This document shows positions 17,338 to 27,664 of a DNA stretch of 64,000 nucleotides, piece after piece. The notes below the pieces were generated by a model. That model had not been told where the DNA came from. It searched no databases and saw only the letters and a program-made list of their open reading frames with translations. Numbering within the stretch: the first letter of the stretch is position 1; each line of letters begins with the position of its first letter. Both the position numbers and the translations under genes were made by a program. This DNA is from a virus. The stretch lies in the IMG/VR virus record IMGVR_UViG_3300029448_000009, positions 21,155 through 85,154 of that record; one strand, 5' to 3'.

Positions 17338-18253
17338 ATTATTCAAAGGCAGAGGTTTTCAAAGAATAGATAAGGCAGTTAATCAATCACTAAGCATTGT
17401 AAAAAATGCTATGAATGGTAAGCGTAATGTATATCCTACCAAGTGGCCAAGACTTAATAAGAATTTATTAGGTGGTTTACAGGGTGGAAAAATGTATGTT
17501 ATTGCAGGTCGTCCTGGTGTTGGTAAATCTGCATTTAGTAATCAATTAGTATTTGATTTATTAGATGCAAATACAAACAAAGATATGGTAGTGTTGTATT
17601 GGAGTTTTGAGATGCCAGGTTATCAACAAGTTATGCGTAGTGCGTCTAAAAGTGTGAACAAGCAATTAGGCGATCTTTTGTCTGTAGAAGCAAGATTAAA
17701 AGACGAAGAGTTTAAAGATTATGCTGACTCTGTGCAGAAATTTAATAAGTATCCTGTTTTCTTTAATAATATTCCTAGAACTATGGATTTTATTAAAGCA
17801 ACAAATGAACAGGTGTTTATGAAGTCTCCTAATGCACGAGTAGTTAATGTATTTGACCACTCTAGATTAATAAAAGGCCAAAATGAACATTCAGAACTAC
17901 AAAAACTAAATGAAATATCTAAAGGTTGCATGTGGATGCAGTCTAAAATGGAGGTTATTAACATATTATTATCACAACTAAACAGAAATATAGAACAAGA
18001 GCATAGAGCTAAAAATCAATACCAGCCACTCTTGACAGATCTATTTGGTGGTGACAGCATTGGTCAAGATGCCCATGTTGTAATGATATTAAATAGGCCA
18101 TTTGATATTTATGGTATAACAAAAACATACTGTAATGAGGAACCACAAGGGTTATTAGCATGTCATATAGAAAAGAACCGTGATGGTTTACTTGGTATGA
18201 TACCTTATGAAGCAGATATGTCAACATTTACAATTAAAGAACGCAAAAAATAA
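17309..18253 (+). CDS. dnaB: Replicative DnaB-like helicase (C-terminal ATPase domain only)
   Basis: IAGRPGVGKS, SFEM, DH, LSQLNR, DSIGQDA, KNRDG. Confidence 0.9.
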   Translation: MTEESQDSSELFKGRGFQRIDKAVNQSLSIVKNAMNGKRNVYPTKWPRLNKNLLGGLQGGKMYVIAGRPGVGKSAFSNQLVFDLLDANTNKDMVVLYWSFEMPGYQQVMRSASKSVNKQLGDLLSVEARLKDEEFKDYADSVQKFNKYPVFFNNIPRTMDFIKATNEQVFMKSPNARVVNVFDHSRLIKGQNEHSELQKLNEISKGCMWMQSKMEVINILLSQLNRNIEQEHRAKNQYQPLLTDLFGGDSIGQDAHVVMILNRPFDIYGITKTYCNEEPQGLLACHIEKNRDGLLGMIPYEADMSTFTIKERKK

Positions 18254-18260
18254 TATATAT

Positions 18261-18959
18261 ATGGAATTACCTAAAAACAAGGTTGGTGCTTTACGTAAGT
18301 CACCTAAGAACATGGTCATTTATGGCCCGCCTAAAATAGGCAAAACAACTGCATTAAGCAAGTTGGAAGATTGTTTAATTATTGATTTAGAAGAAGGATC
18401 AGATATGATAGAAGCTTTAAAATTAAAAGCTAATAATCTAGGAGATCTTGCTGAAATTGGTAAGAAAATAATGCAAAACAAAAAACCATACAGGTATGTA
18501 GCTATAGATACAGTTACAAAACTTGAGGAATGGTGTGAAATAGAAGGCAAGAAAATCTATCAACTTACCCCTATGGGTAAAAACTTTGATAAAGATCAGA
18601 AAGGCATTTCAGTTTTATCTCTTCCTAATGGTGCTGGCTATCTATACTTAAGAATAGCATTCAAAAGATGGATAGAAAGGTTAAACAAATTAGCAGATCA
18701 CGTGATATTAGTTGGTCATCTCAAAGATAAGATGTTAGATAAGAAAGGAAAAGAAGTTTCTTCTAAAGATCTTGACTTAACAGGGAAGATTAAACAAATA
18801 ACATGCGCTAACGCTGATGCTATTGGTTATATTTATAGAGAAGGTGATACTACTATGGTATCATTTAATTCTATGGATGATATAACTGCAGGATCGCGGT
18901 GTGATCATCTCAAGGGCCAAGAAATGGAACTTGATTGGAGTAAAATATTTATTGATTAA
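18261..18959 (+). CDS. AAA ATPase, Sak4-like / AAA_24 family
   Basis: IYGPPKIGKT, IIDLEEG, VAIDT, ILVGH, ADAIGY. Likely start is MELPK at 18261. Confidence 0.8.
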   Translation: MELPKNKVGALRKSPKNMVIYGPPKIGKTTALSKLEDCLIIDLEEGSDMIEALKLKANNLGDLAEIGKKIMQNKKPYRYVAIDTVTKLEEWCEIEGKKIYQLTPMGKNFDKDQKGISVLSLPNGAGYLYLRIAFKRWIERLNKLADHVILVGHLKDKMLDKKGKEVSSKDLDLTGKIKQITCANADAIGYIYREGDTTMVSFNSMDDITAGSRCDHLKGQEMELDWSKIFID

Positions 18960-18976
18960 TTTAAAACACATTTAAA

Positions 18977-19405
18977 ATGGTAGAAACGAGAATAAACCCA
19001 ACAACGGGAACTACTGAACAGGTGCAAAGCACAACTCCTGAAGTTATTACTACATCAATGATCATAACAGATCTAGAAAATGGTATTGACAGAACAGGTA
19101 TTAAAGCTAAATACAGTTTAGAAGCATGGGAAGTTAAACAAATGTTTGATCACCCTGTACTAAAAGGTAAGAAAGCTAAACGAGTTAAAAAATTATCTTT
19201 TAGTTTTGTAGACGACACAGTTAATACTGATGTATTACCTGGACAAACTAACTTAGTAGATCAAATAGCTGAAGAAGATGCAGAAAATTTAGAAGCTATT
19301 AATGATGCTAAAACAGAAGAAGAAGTCTTTTACAAAGAAGAAGATAAGCACAATGAGACATTAGAATCTCGTGCAGACGATTGGGCTAATGAACACAAAT
19401 ATTAA
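18977..19405 (+). CDS. Hypothetical protein with acidic C-terminus
   Basis: 142-aa ORF between the ATPase and SSB genes. Confidence 0.65.
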   Translation: MVETRINPTTGTTEQVQSTTPEVITTSMIITDLENGIDRTGIKAKYSLEAWEVKQMFDHPVLKGKKAKRVKKLSFSFVDDTVNTDVLPGQTNLVDQIAEEDAENLEAINDAKTEEEVFYKEEDKHNETLESRADDWANEHKY

Positions 19406-19422
19406 TATTAAAAATTTATAAA

Positions 19423-20190
19423 ATGGCTATAACAAGCAACAATTCAGATCAAGAGGTCATGGGTAGCATTAAAAGTTATTCAGGACTTTCAAATTTTAAT
19501 GTAGTAGCAGTAAATCCTACAATGCAGGAACTACACGCTATGGACATTAAAGTAAAACAAGAACCAAATTATTTCTTAGAACTAAATGGTGAAGACTATT
19601 TCAAAGTTGTATTTTGGGTTAAGAACGAAGATCTAACTACTAGAATGGAGGTCTTAATGCAAAATAAAACAAGAACTAGTAAAACTGGTAAATTTCAATG
19701 GTTAAACTCTGTAGGTCAATCTACATGGTCAGAAGGTAATCCTTCTTATGACTGGTGGCAAAAACCTGAGACATCAAGAAAAGCTTTTACTGGTGAGGAA
19801 ACTTTAATTAATTTTGTTAAAGCATGGGCTAATGTAGCACCAGGTGGAGACGTATACTTTGAAACTATTGATAAAATAGTGCAAGGGAATGTAACAGAGT
19901 TAAAAGAACTAGTAAAAATACTAGCAGGAAACCAGGTTCGATTATTAGTAGGGGTAAAAGATGGTAAATATCAACAAGTTTATACTAAGATATTTGGCAG
20001 AATTAAACCACAAAGAGATGATTTATTTGTTAAATCATTAAACGATGAGTACGGATCATTTAACGCAGAGTTTGCTACTGACCTTAAATGGGGTGAGTTT
20101 AAACCTGAGTTAGCTGTTGTATCTCCTGACCCTAGTGGTGCAGAAGATCTTCCATTCTCTTCTGGTGATGAAGACAAAGATTGGGTATAA
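19423..20190 (+). CDS. ssb: Single-stranded DNA-binding protein (crAss-like)
   Basis: Beta-rich core (VVAVNPT...KFQWLNSVGQSTW) and an acidic tail EDLPF...DEDKDWV. Close to the Sak4-like ATPase and primase genes. Confidence 0.6.
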   Translation: MAITSNNSDQEVMGSIKSYSGLSNFNVVAVNPTMQELHAMDIKVKQEPNYFLELNGEDYFKVVFWVKNEDLTTRMEVLMQNKTRTSKTGKFQWLNSVGQSTWSEGNPSYDWWQKPETSRKAFTGEETLINFVKAWANVAPGGDVYFETIDKIVQGNVTELKELVKILAGNQVRLLVGVKDGKYQQVYTKIFGRIKPQRDDLFVKSLNDEYGSFNAEFATDLKWGEFKPELAVVSPDPSGAEDLPFSSGDEDKDWV

Positions 20191-20199
20191 TCTTTAAAT

Positions 20200-20289
20200 A
20201 ACTATACAGGTGAGGTTGTAATATTATATTAACTCTCCGGTTATACTTTGTGAACTTATTACGTTCCTCACTTGTATAGTTTTATTTTT
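20200..20289 (+). terminator. Long intergenic hairpin (terminator or RNase III-type processing site)
   Basis: AACTATACAGGTGAGG / CCTCACTTGTATAGTT arms with an inner GTAAT/ATTAC helix, followed by a T-rich tract. Confidence 0.55.
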
Positions 20290-20302
20290 AACACACATTG
20301 AT

Positions 20303-21268
20303 ATGATAACATCAAGACCAAGTAATGATATATTACACACAGACACAATATTAGAAAAAATAACAGAGTTTGACATATTTAAATACTACTGTTCTGTATT
20401 TATAGAACTTAATAAGAAATTTTGCAGCGAGTTGAGAGAGGATAGAAAACCTTCAGCATCTGTAGTTAATTATAACGGTAATCTATTATACAAAGATTTT
20501 GGACATCCTGAGCATACATTTAATTGTTTTGGATATGTTCAGTTTAAATATGGAGTAACATTTACTGAAGCTTTAATTCAAATTAGCAATGATTTTAATT
20601 TAAAACTAGTAAGTTCAAATGGAGTAGTGCGGTCCAAGGTTCCTACACTTTATGGTAATCAACATGTTGACAAGAAAGTCACTATTATTAAAATAAAGAG
20701 TAGAAATTGGAATTTTTCAGATGCACGATTTTGGAAACCTTTTGGTATAAGTAAGAAAATTTTAACTATCTTTGCAGTTAAGCCTATCTCATACTATTGG
20801 ATAAATGAAAATAGATTCAAAGCTAAAACTCCTACTTATGCTTTTAGGTTTAACAATAAATTTAAAATTTACGCTCCTTATGAAACAAACAATAAATGGT
20901 TTAGTAACACTAATAAAAACATCGTTCAAGGCTATGATCAACTTCCTGATAAAGGTAATGTCTTATATATTACATCTTCCCTCAAAGATGTTATGTGTTT
21001 GCACGCAATGCGATTGCGTGGGATTGCTCTGCAGTCAGAAATGCAACTCCCCAGCAAGTTGCAAATGCAATTGCTGCAAGAAAGATTCAAAAAAATAGTT
21101 ATTTTTTACGACAATGATACTCCTGGACAGTCTATGGCTGCTAAAATATGCAGTGAGTATAATTTAGATAATCTTTACATTCCAAATGATTGGGGTGCTA
21201 AAGATGTATCTGATGCTGTTGCTTTACACGGGTTTGATAAAGCAAAACAATTTATATATGAGATTTAA
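20303..21268 (+). CDS. dnaG: DNA primase (crAss-like, TOPRIM domain)
   Basis: N-terminal SELREDRKPS...YKDFG and TOPRIM-like ITSSLKDVM...FYDNDTPG...AKDVSD. Confidence 0.8.
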   Translation: MITSRPSNDILHTDTILEKITEFDIFKYYCSVFIELNKKFCSELREDRKPSASVVNYNGNLLYKDFGHPEHTFNCFGYVQFKYGVTFTEALIQISNDFNLKLVSSNGVVRSKVPTLYGNQHVDKKVTIIKIKSRNWNFSDARFWKPFGISKKILTIFAVKPISYYWINENRFKAKTPTYAFRFNNKFKIYAPYETNNKWFSNTNKNIVQGYDQLPDKGNVLYITSSLKDVMCLHAMRLRGIALQSEMQLPSKLQMQLLQERFKKIVIFYDNDTPGQSMAAKICSEYNLDNLYIPNDWGAKDVSDAVALHGFDKAKQFIYEI

Positions 21269-21707
21269 AAGAAGAAAAGGAAAAGCAAAGATAAGATCTA
21301 AACCTACTGAAATAGATGGTATAAAATTTAGATCTAAATTAGAAGCATTTACTTATAAAAAACTAAAAGAAAACAAAATTAAACACGAATACGAAAGTGA
21401 AAAGTTTGTTTTGCATGAGGGTTTTTATTTTACTTCTGATTCTTATGAACAATCAACAACAGGTTATAGAAATAGAGGAGCAGAGAAAGTTAGAGCAATT
21501 ACATATTTGCCAGACTTTTTATCTCCAGCTATTAACCATAAACGCAAATGGATAATTGAATGCAAAGGTTTTGCTAATGACAGATTCCCTATGAAATGGA
21601 AAATGTTTAAAAAATATTTACACGATAACAATCCTAACTGTGTCTTATTTGTACCTAAAAATCAAAAACAGGTACTAGAAACAATAGAAATAATTAAAAA
21701 TTTATGA
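21258..21707 (+). CDS. PD-(D/E)XK endonuclease (T7 endonuclease I / DUF1064-like, probable Holliday junction resolvase)
   Basis: DGIKFRSKLE...TYLPDF...IIECKG. Likely start at 21258. Confidence 0.75.
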   Translation: MRFKRRKGKAKIRSKPTEIDGIKFRSKLEAFTYKKLKENKIKHEYESEKFVLHEGFYFTSDSYEQSTTGYRNRGAEKVRAITYLPDFLSPAINHKRKWIIECKGFANDRFPMKWKMFKKYLHDNNPNCVLFVPKNQKQVLETIEIIKNL

Positions 21708-21708
21708 C

Positions 21709-22056
21709 ATGAATCAAATGGAGAATGTAACTCCAATCCATAAATGGGTTGATGAGTTACAGCCAGGCGATTTAATTAGAGTGTCTTACGGATCAGGTTC
21801 TCATTATACAGGACTGTTTAGAGATCGTAGGTTAAAAACTAATGGGGCTATATTATATTATTATGATATGCCTGGCCCTATGGTTACAAACTCTGATAAA
21901 GATTGCTGGTATCAAAAAAGGCTAGAGGAAAAACTTCCTGCAGTCTCGTATATCTACGGATATATGTATAAAGATAGGATACATCCTGCACAAGAATGGA
22001 TGTTAACTAAAATTCAAAAAGAGTATTATAACAAATTAAAAGAATTTATAAGATGA
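21709..22056 (+). CDS. Hypothetical protein
   Basis: 115-aa ORF with an SH3/KOW-like start LQPGDLIRV. Confidence 0.6.
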   Translation: MNQMENVTPIHKWVDELQPGDLIRVSYGSGSHYTGLFRDRRLKTNGAILYYYDMPGPMVTNSDKDCWYQKRLEEKLPAVSYIYGYMYKDRIHPAQEWMLTKIQKEYYNKLKEFIR

Positions 22057-24887
22057 GTATTAAAACAATTGATCGAGACATCCAAAGTGGACAAGAGGGT
22101 GTCAAGAAGAAAATCAACAAAGGTGCTGAAAAGCTAGTCTTTGACATTCTTCAAGCGTCTCAGTACTCCCAGCCAATTCCATCAACAGTTAGAGAGTTAA
22201 CTACAAATGCATGTGACTCTCAACGTGAGAAGGAAATGGCCATAGAGATACTAAGAGGTACAAAGAAAGCAGAAGACTACTATATTCAGCGAGAAGGAGA
22301 AGCTTACACAGATAGTAACTTTGATCTTTCATATTATAATTTGTCACATTTAAATACAGGATCAAAAACAGTTCACCTTAAATACAAAGAAAATGAAGGT
22401 ACAGGTTTTTGTGATAAGTTTAGTGTTACAGATTTTGGTGTGGGTATAGGAGATAGAAGGTTAGAAGGGGTTCTAGAACTAGGTTATTCTACGAAAAGAA
22501 ATACTAGTGAGAACTTTGGCGCATTTGGTTTGGGTGCAAAAGTCGCACTCTCAACAGGCGTTGATTTCTATACTATAGAAACTGCACATAATGGTAAAAG
22601 GTTTAAATGTAATTGTTACAATTATAAAACAGATTTTATTATACCTAAGTTTAATTTAACAACTGGTAAAGAAAATCCATTTGTAACATTTTCAGATGGA
22701 ACTAAAGTTTATTATGAACCAACGGATAGTGCAAACTTTACTACAATAAGTTTTGGTGTAAAAAGACATAATAGATCTAGATTTAGAGATGCTGTAGAAG
22801 AACAGTTACTATATATAGACAATGTTGTGTTTGAAATAGAGGACCAAGAGGGTGATATAGAAAACGTAAATTTTCATGCTGAAGTATTACATAATTCTAA
22901 GAATCTTATTATTTCTGATAGTTATGTATTTAGTAGACCGCATATTATGATTGTAAAAGATGAAAATGCTTCTACAGGTATTAATTATGGTCATATTAAC
23001 TTTAGAGAACTAGAAATGGAGGGCCTTTATGGTGCTGTTGCATTTAAATGTCCTATGAGACAAGTAATGAGAGATCCAGACACTGGTGAAGAAATTGTTC
23101 TTCAAGAAGGTGTGGACGTTACTCCGTCTCGTGAGAAAGTTATATGGAACGAGTCTACTAAAGACTATGTACAAAATTTAATTAAGCAAGCTGCTTTTGA
23201 GGCTACTGAATTGGTTCAAGATAAGCTTGATGAAAGTGATTTTGTTAAATGGATTTACAAATGTAAAAATGTAATGCATCATAGTAAGTTTGATACGGAC
23301 GACACAAAAGATTTAGTTCTTAGTAAAATGGCTAATATTATTGACAAAGATATGTTGTCTCCATACTTTCCTGGTAATAAAGATATCAAGTTTGGTACTC
23401 TTCAAAAAGTGTTTGGTAAAAAAACCAACATTAAGAAGATTACTATAGAAAGAGATTGGAATACCAAGAAAGAAACTGTTAAAAGACAAGATCTTGAGTC
23501 TTGGGAACAGTTTGGTTATAACAGTAATAAAATCTATATCAAAGGATTAGAAACTCAATTTCATTGGCATGCTGATTCTTATGTACTAAAACAATTGTCA
23601 ACTGGTGATACTTTGTATGTTGTTACTGAAACAGATGGTACAGATACTGAACGTATTGCTGCTATAGGTAACATTGCCGATGACAATGAACGTGCAAGGC
23701 AAATGAAGTTTTATCAAAAAGATAAAAAACGTGTTCAAGATGCTATGGCGGAACTTAGAAATTCAGAAGCTATTTCATATTATGAAGATATTGAGGTAGA
23801 CGAAGAGTGGTTGGCTGAATATAAGAAAACAGCTAAGCAAAGAGAAGAAGTTGCGGCAATGTCTTATATGAGTCCAGAAGAGCGACGTAAGATACAAGAA
23901 CGTATGGTAGCATATACTTTACGTGAATGTATTAAATACAAAAACTCTTCTACTGCTAGCCCAACAGGCTATATATGGGATAAGGTAGAGCCTAGAACGT
24001 CTGATCTTATGAATACAGAAACTGTTACATATTATGGCACTAAAGAAGATGAAGATGCTTTAATATTAGCAGCTAATATTCTTAAGCGTCAGAATCCTAC
24101 GCACAATGAAGTATGGCCAAACAGGCGTAATCAATATGATGAGCAAGATGGTAGACCTGTTTATTTTTGGGAATATCCTCCTACTAGAAGTTACTCTGGT
24201 GATGAGCCTCAAGAAGGCTATTTGGATAAACCAAACTTAGAATGGGATAGACCACAGCTTATTAGAGTTAACTCTAAAGTAGCTAAACACATGGCAACTA
24301 ATCCTAATTGTAGGCATATTGATGAGTTCTTTTACACGGCTACTGATACTAATCATTTTAGTGTAGATCCTGCTATTGTTAAATGGTATACAGGTTATTG
24401 CATGAGACTTGAAAATGACAAGTTTATGGGTAATATGAAAGCTATTAACAAAGAGATGTATGAAAACTATGAAGAAATTCAAGAGTATATTTCATCTACA
24501 ACAGGATTTCACTCAATAAAAAACTACTTGGAGAAACCTCAGATGAAGATGTTTAAGAAAATGATAGAATTTAATGCATTTCTTGACTCTCTTAATCAAG
24601 ATGATCCAAATGCTGTTAAAACTAAAGCTAGAGAACTTTTTGTATTTACAGACGTAACATGTAACAATGTTGTAGACAAAGATGTAATTATAGCTTTTGA
24701 GGATTTGCTATTGTATTTAGAACCTATTGCTTTATTTTTAAATTCTATTGACGATATACAGAATAAAATAGAAAATAATGATACAGGTAATGAATACTCT
24801 AAACAGCTTAACGAGTATCTCAAATTTAAACAAAGATTGGGTTGGAAACCACCCATCAATTTATTAACTTTAAACAAAAATAATTAA
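22053..24887 (+). CDS. rIIA: rIIA-like protein (N-terminal GHKL ATPase)
   Basis: VRELTTNACDS, DFGVGI, YSTKRNTS..FGAFGLGAK and VTPSREK are rIIA-type motifs. Followed by an rIIB-like gene. Confidence 0.8.
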   Translation: MSIKTIDRDIQSGQEGVKKKINKGAEKLVFDILQASQYSQPIPSTVRELTTNACDSQREKEMAIEILRGTKKAEDYYIQREGEAYTDSNFDLSYYNLSHLNTGSKTVHLKYKENEGTGFCDKFSVTDFGVGIGDRRLEGVLELGYSTKRNTSENFGAFGLGAKVALSTGVDFYTIETAHNGKRFKCNCYNYKTDFIIPKFNLTTGKENPFVTFSDGTKVYYEPTDSANFTTISFGVKRHNRSRFRDAVEEQLLYIDNVVFEIEDQEGDIENVNFHAEVLHNSKNLIISDSYVFSRPHIMIVKDENASTGINYGHINFRELEMEGLYGAVAFKCPMRQVMRDPDTGEEIVLQEGVDVTPSREKVIWNESTKDYVQNLIKQAAFEATELVQDKLDESDFVKWIYKCKNVMHHSKFDTDDTKDLVLSKMANIIDKDMLSPYFPGNKDIKFGTLQKVFGKKTNIKKITIERDWNTKKETVKRQDLESWEQFGYNSNKIYIKGLETQFHWHADSYVLKQLSTGDTLYVVTETDGTDTERIAAIGNIADDNERARQMKFYQKDKKRVQDAMAELRNSEAISYYEDIEVDEEWLAEYKKTAKQREEVAAMSYMSPEERRKIQERMVAYTLRECIKYKNSSTASPTGYIWDKVEPRTSDLMNTETVTYYGTKEDEDALILAANILKRQNPTHNEVWPNRRNQYDEQDGRPVYFWEYPPTRSYSGDEPQEGYLDKPNLEWDRPQLIRVNSKVAKHMATNPNCRHIDEFFYTATDTNHFSVDPAIVKWYTGYCMRLENDKFMGNMKAINKEMYENYEEIQEYISSTTGFHSIKNYLEKPQMKMFKKMIEFNAFLDSLNQDDPNAVKTKARELFVFTDVTCNNVVDKDVIIAFEDLLLYLEPIALFLNSIDDIQNKIENNDTGNEYSKQLNEYLKFKQRLGWKPPINLLTLNKNN

Positions 24888-24889
24888 TT

Positions 24890-26068
24890 ATGATTTCAAT
24901 AAATGTTATCGATGACAAGATCTCAGGATCTTATGGTGACAAGACATTTTGTATAGACTTTAACAAAGAAGTCTATACAAAAATGTTGGAATTAGCAGAA
25001 AAAGCTAATACCGCAGTCACAATGGAGGACTACAAAGCTGTGTTAAAGCAGTTTGAACCTCTTACAGTTCAAGATTATACTAAAACTGTTCAAGATAAGT
25101 GTGAATTTATTCATGTAAATAAAAGTACAGGTGAATTCTTCTTACAACACAACAATGTAGTATCGTCTATACCTATGCCTGAAGCATTGGTAGAAAGAAT
25201 CTATGAGTCTATGGACAAAGGATTAGATTTTATGCCACTAGTTAAAATGTGGACTAGATGGTTAAGAAACCCTGTTCTTCGTACTAAAATGAAGAAAGGA
25301 TGGGGCAAAGAATTTTGTGAAAGATTCTTTAGTTACATTAATCTTAAATATGTTCACCCGGTTCTTAAGAAAGAGCTAATGGAAGAGCACGGTTTAAGTG
25401 AAGAAGTTGCAGAAAGAAGAGCTACTATGTATCAAATGAAAATAACCAAAGAAGGTTTACTAAATGGTTACAAAGTATCTACTGAGATTCTAACTAAATT
25501 TAAACAAGATGAAGACGGTGAAGTTCAAGAAGTACCAAGGTACAAAAGAACATTTAACGTTGACACTGGTGAAATTGAGTCAGAAGGATTACCAGAACAT
25601 GTAGAAGACAGATTGTTTCAGCCTGCTATTATGGGCTCAAGCGGTGATGCTTTTTACTGTGAAGGTAGTAATGGTTATGCTAACCCACAACACTTTATAA
25701 AAGTTGGTTGTACTCATAGATTACCTGATTGGAGCTATGTTAACACTAATGATCGTATATCATGTGTTAAAGGTCTTCATTTTGGTGGTCTAGAATACAT
25801 TAACTGTATAGGTGGTGAGATACATAACATTTTTGTAGATCCAATGCATATTGGTGCAGTACCTGATGACGAAACAGGTGCAGCTAGATGTCTTCAATAT
25901 TTTGTACACTCTTCTTTAGCAGGTGTAAATGGTTCTATATATCATAGTTCTACTTATGCAGCTAAAACTGATGAGCAGTGGGCAGAAATGCGCGCTAAGA
26001 TTGTAGAAGAATACGACGCTTCTACTATAGAGAGTGGTAAAGAGGTTGGTGAGTTAACTAACCTTTAA
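24890..26068 (+). CDS. rIIB: rIIB-like protein
   Basis: PLVKMWTRWLRNP...ITKEGLLNGYK...VNTNDRISCVKGLHFGGLEY...VDPMHIGAVP..ARCLQY matches the rIIB C-terminal pattern. Confidence 0.75.
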   Translation: MISINVIDDKISGSYGDKTFCIDFNKEVYTKMLELAEKANTAVTMEDYKAVLKQFEPLTVQDYTKTVQDKCEFIHVNKSTGEFFLQHNNVVSSIPMPEALVERIYESMDKGLDFMPLVKMWTRWLRNPVLRTKMKKGWGKEFCERFFSYINLKYVHPVLKKELMEEHGLSEEVAERRATMYQMKITKEGLLNGYKVSTEILTKFKQDEDGEVQEVPRYKRTFNVDTGEIESEGLPEHVEDRLFQPAIMGSSGDAFYCEGSNGYANPQHFIKVGCTHRLPDWSYVNTNDRISCVKGLHFGGLEYINCIGGEIHNIFVDPMHIGAVPDDETGAARCLQYFVHSSLAGVNGSIYHSSTYAAKTDEQWAEMRAKIVEEYDASTIESGKEVGELTNL

Positions 26069-26077
26069 ATATTAATA

Positions 26078-26146
26078 TAATAGAGTATATACTTAGACTG
26101 TTTAAAAATTAAGGTCTTTTCCGCAGTGTAAGTATATACTTTATTA
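26078..26146 (+). other. Long intergenic inverted repeat (processing stem or terminator)
   Basis: TAATAGAGTATATACTTA-G-ACTG ... CAGT-G-TAAGTATATACTTTATTA, about 22 bp of stem, between rIIB and the exonuclease gene. Confidence 0.6.
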
Positions 26147-26160
26147 TTAAATTTAAAGAT

Positions 26161-26934
26161 ATGGAAGAACTAGATATATTGCAAATTCCAGACGATGGTC
26201 CAGTTGCACTAATAGATGCAGACAGTTTATTATATTACGAAATGGGTAAGCCAACACTAGAAGAGGCTATCCAAGGTATAAATAATAGATTGCTTCACAT
26301 GCTAGCAATGTGCGGGACTAGCAAGTACGCAGGATTTTTAACTTTATCAAGATGTTTTAGATATGAAGTTGCAAAAACTAAAGCCTATAAACATAATAGA
26401 AAAGGAGGTTCTAAACCTATTATTTTTTATGCTTTACGGGAGTATCTACAACAGGAGTGGAAAATGGAGGCCGTTAGAGGCTTAGAAGCAGACGATCTTG
26501 TTGCAGTGCATGCTAAACCTAGTGGAACCATTGTTTGTAGCCCAGATAAGGACGTTCTTTATCAAGTAGCAGGTAAACATTTTAATTTTAGAACTAATGA
26601 ATTTATAAAGACTTCAAAACTAGAAGCTAATAAATTTCTTTGGAAACAAACATTAATGGGTGATGCTACAGACGGGATAGAAGGAATTCCTAAAGTGGGA
26701 CCTAAAACTGCAGATAATTTATTAAAGAAGGTAACAAAAGGATTTGAAAAAATAGTAATAGAAAAGTATGTTGAAAAATTTGGATATTACGAAGGAGTTT
26801 GTAAGTTTGCTGAGACATTTAAGCTTGTACATATATTAAAAACATATGAACAAGTAGAAAATGCAATAGGACTAGACTTATCAGGATCTCTTCAAGTTCA
26901 TGATATTAAACATTTAAATATTAATTATGGTTAA
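26161..26934 (+). CDS. 5'-3' exonuclease (T7 gp6 / FEN-like)
   Basis: ALIDADS, FRY..AKTKAYKHNR, LEADD, SPDKD, GDATDGIEGIPKVG. Confidence 0.88.
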   Translation: MEELDILQIPDDGPVALIDADSLLYYEMGKPTLEEAIQGINNRLLHMLAMCGTSKYAGFLTLSRCFRYEVAKTKAYKHNRKGGSKPIIFYALREYLQQEWKMEAVRGLEADDLVAVHAKPSGTIVCSPDKDVLYQVAGKHFNFRTNEFIKTSKLEANKFLWKQTLMGDATDGIEGIPKVGPKTADNLLKKVTKGFEKIVIEKYVEKFGYYEGVCKFAETFKLVHILKTYEQVENAIGLDLSGSLQVHDIKHLNINYG

Positions 26935-27664
26935 ATGTGAAACTGTTTTATTTAATCCTCTTAATGCGAGGACTGTACGACTTACAGGTGGTACAAAAAC
27001 TATTAACCCTCATGTTTTTGATGCGGAAATAGTCTCTCTAGAAATGCCTACTGACGTAGTGATTTCCACAGGAAAGACTATTTCTATTAAAAATAGAAAG
27101 TATAAAGTTAATTTTATAGATAAACTTTATAAGGGTAATGTTTTGATTTATGATTTGCATGTAGCAAAGCCTAACAAATCAAACATATTTATATTACCAA
27201 TGTTAAGCGGAGAAAGGAATTTGTATTTTTACAATACACACCTGGTTAACGTTTTTATAGGGACTGTTCAACAAAAAGGATGTATTGCTTTATTGTATAG
27301 ATGGAGCAAAGATCCTTTATTTTTAAAGTTTGAAGCCGCTGTAAAACAATTTAGAAGTTATATAGATATGGAGGACCACGATGAATACGTATTGTATTTA
27401 TTTGATGTTCCGTCAGGACAAAAACAAAACTACAAGAAATTTATAAACGGAAAATACTCAGAGTTAAGCACAAAATATAAAACACAATTACTTAAATTTC
27501 ATGGAATGAATATAGATAGTCAAATAGGACAAATCTTATTTAAAAGTGAAAAACGAAAACACAGACTGGAAACTATGTTAGGATGTATACTAAGCGATGA
27601 AGCAGAATTGTATAGTATTATAAATCCAAAAAAAGAATTATTTAATCCTAAAAACTATTTATAA
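26927..27664 (+). CDS. Hypothetical protein
   Basis: 245-aa ORF coupled to the exonuclease gene (C-terminal FINGKYSEL...ELYSI). Confidence 0.7.
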   Translation: MVKCETVLFNPLNARTVRLTGGTKTINPHVFDAEIVSLEMPTDVVISTGKTISIKNRKYKVNFIDKLYKGNVLIYDLHVAKPNKSNIFILPMLSGERNLYFYNTHLVNVFIGTVQQKGCIALLYRWSKDPLFLKFEAAVKQFRSYIDMEDHDEYVLYLFDVPSGQKQNYKKFINGKYSELSTKYKTQLLKFHGMNIDSQIGQILFKSEKRKHRLETMLGCILSDEAELYSIINPKKELFNPKNYL

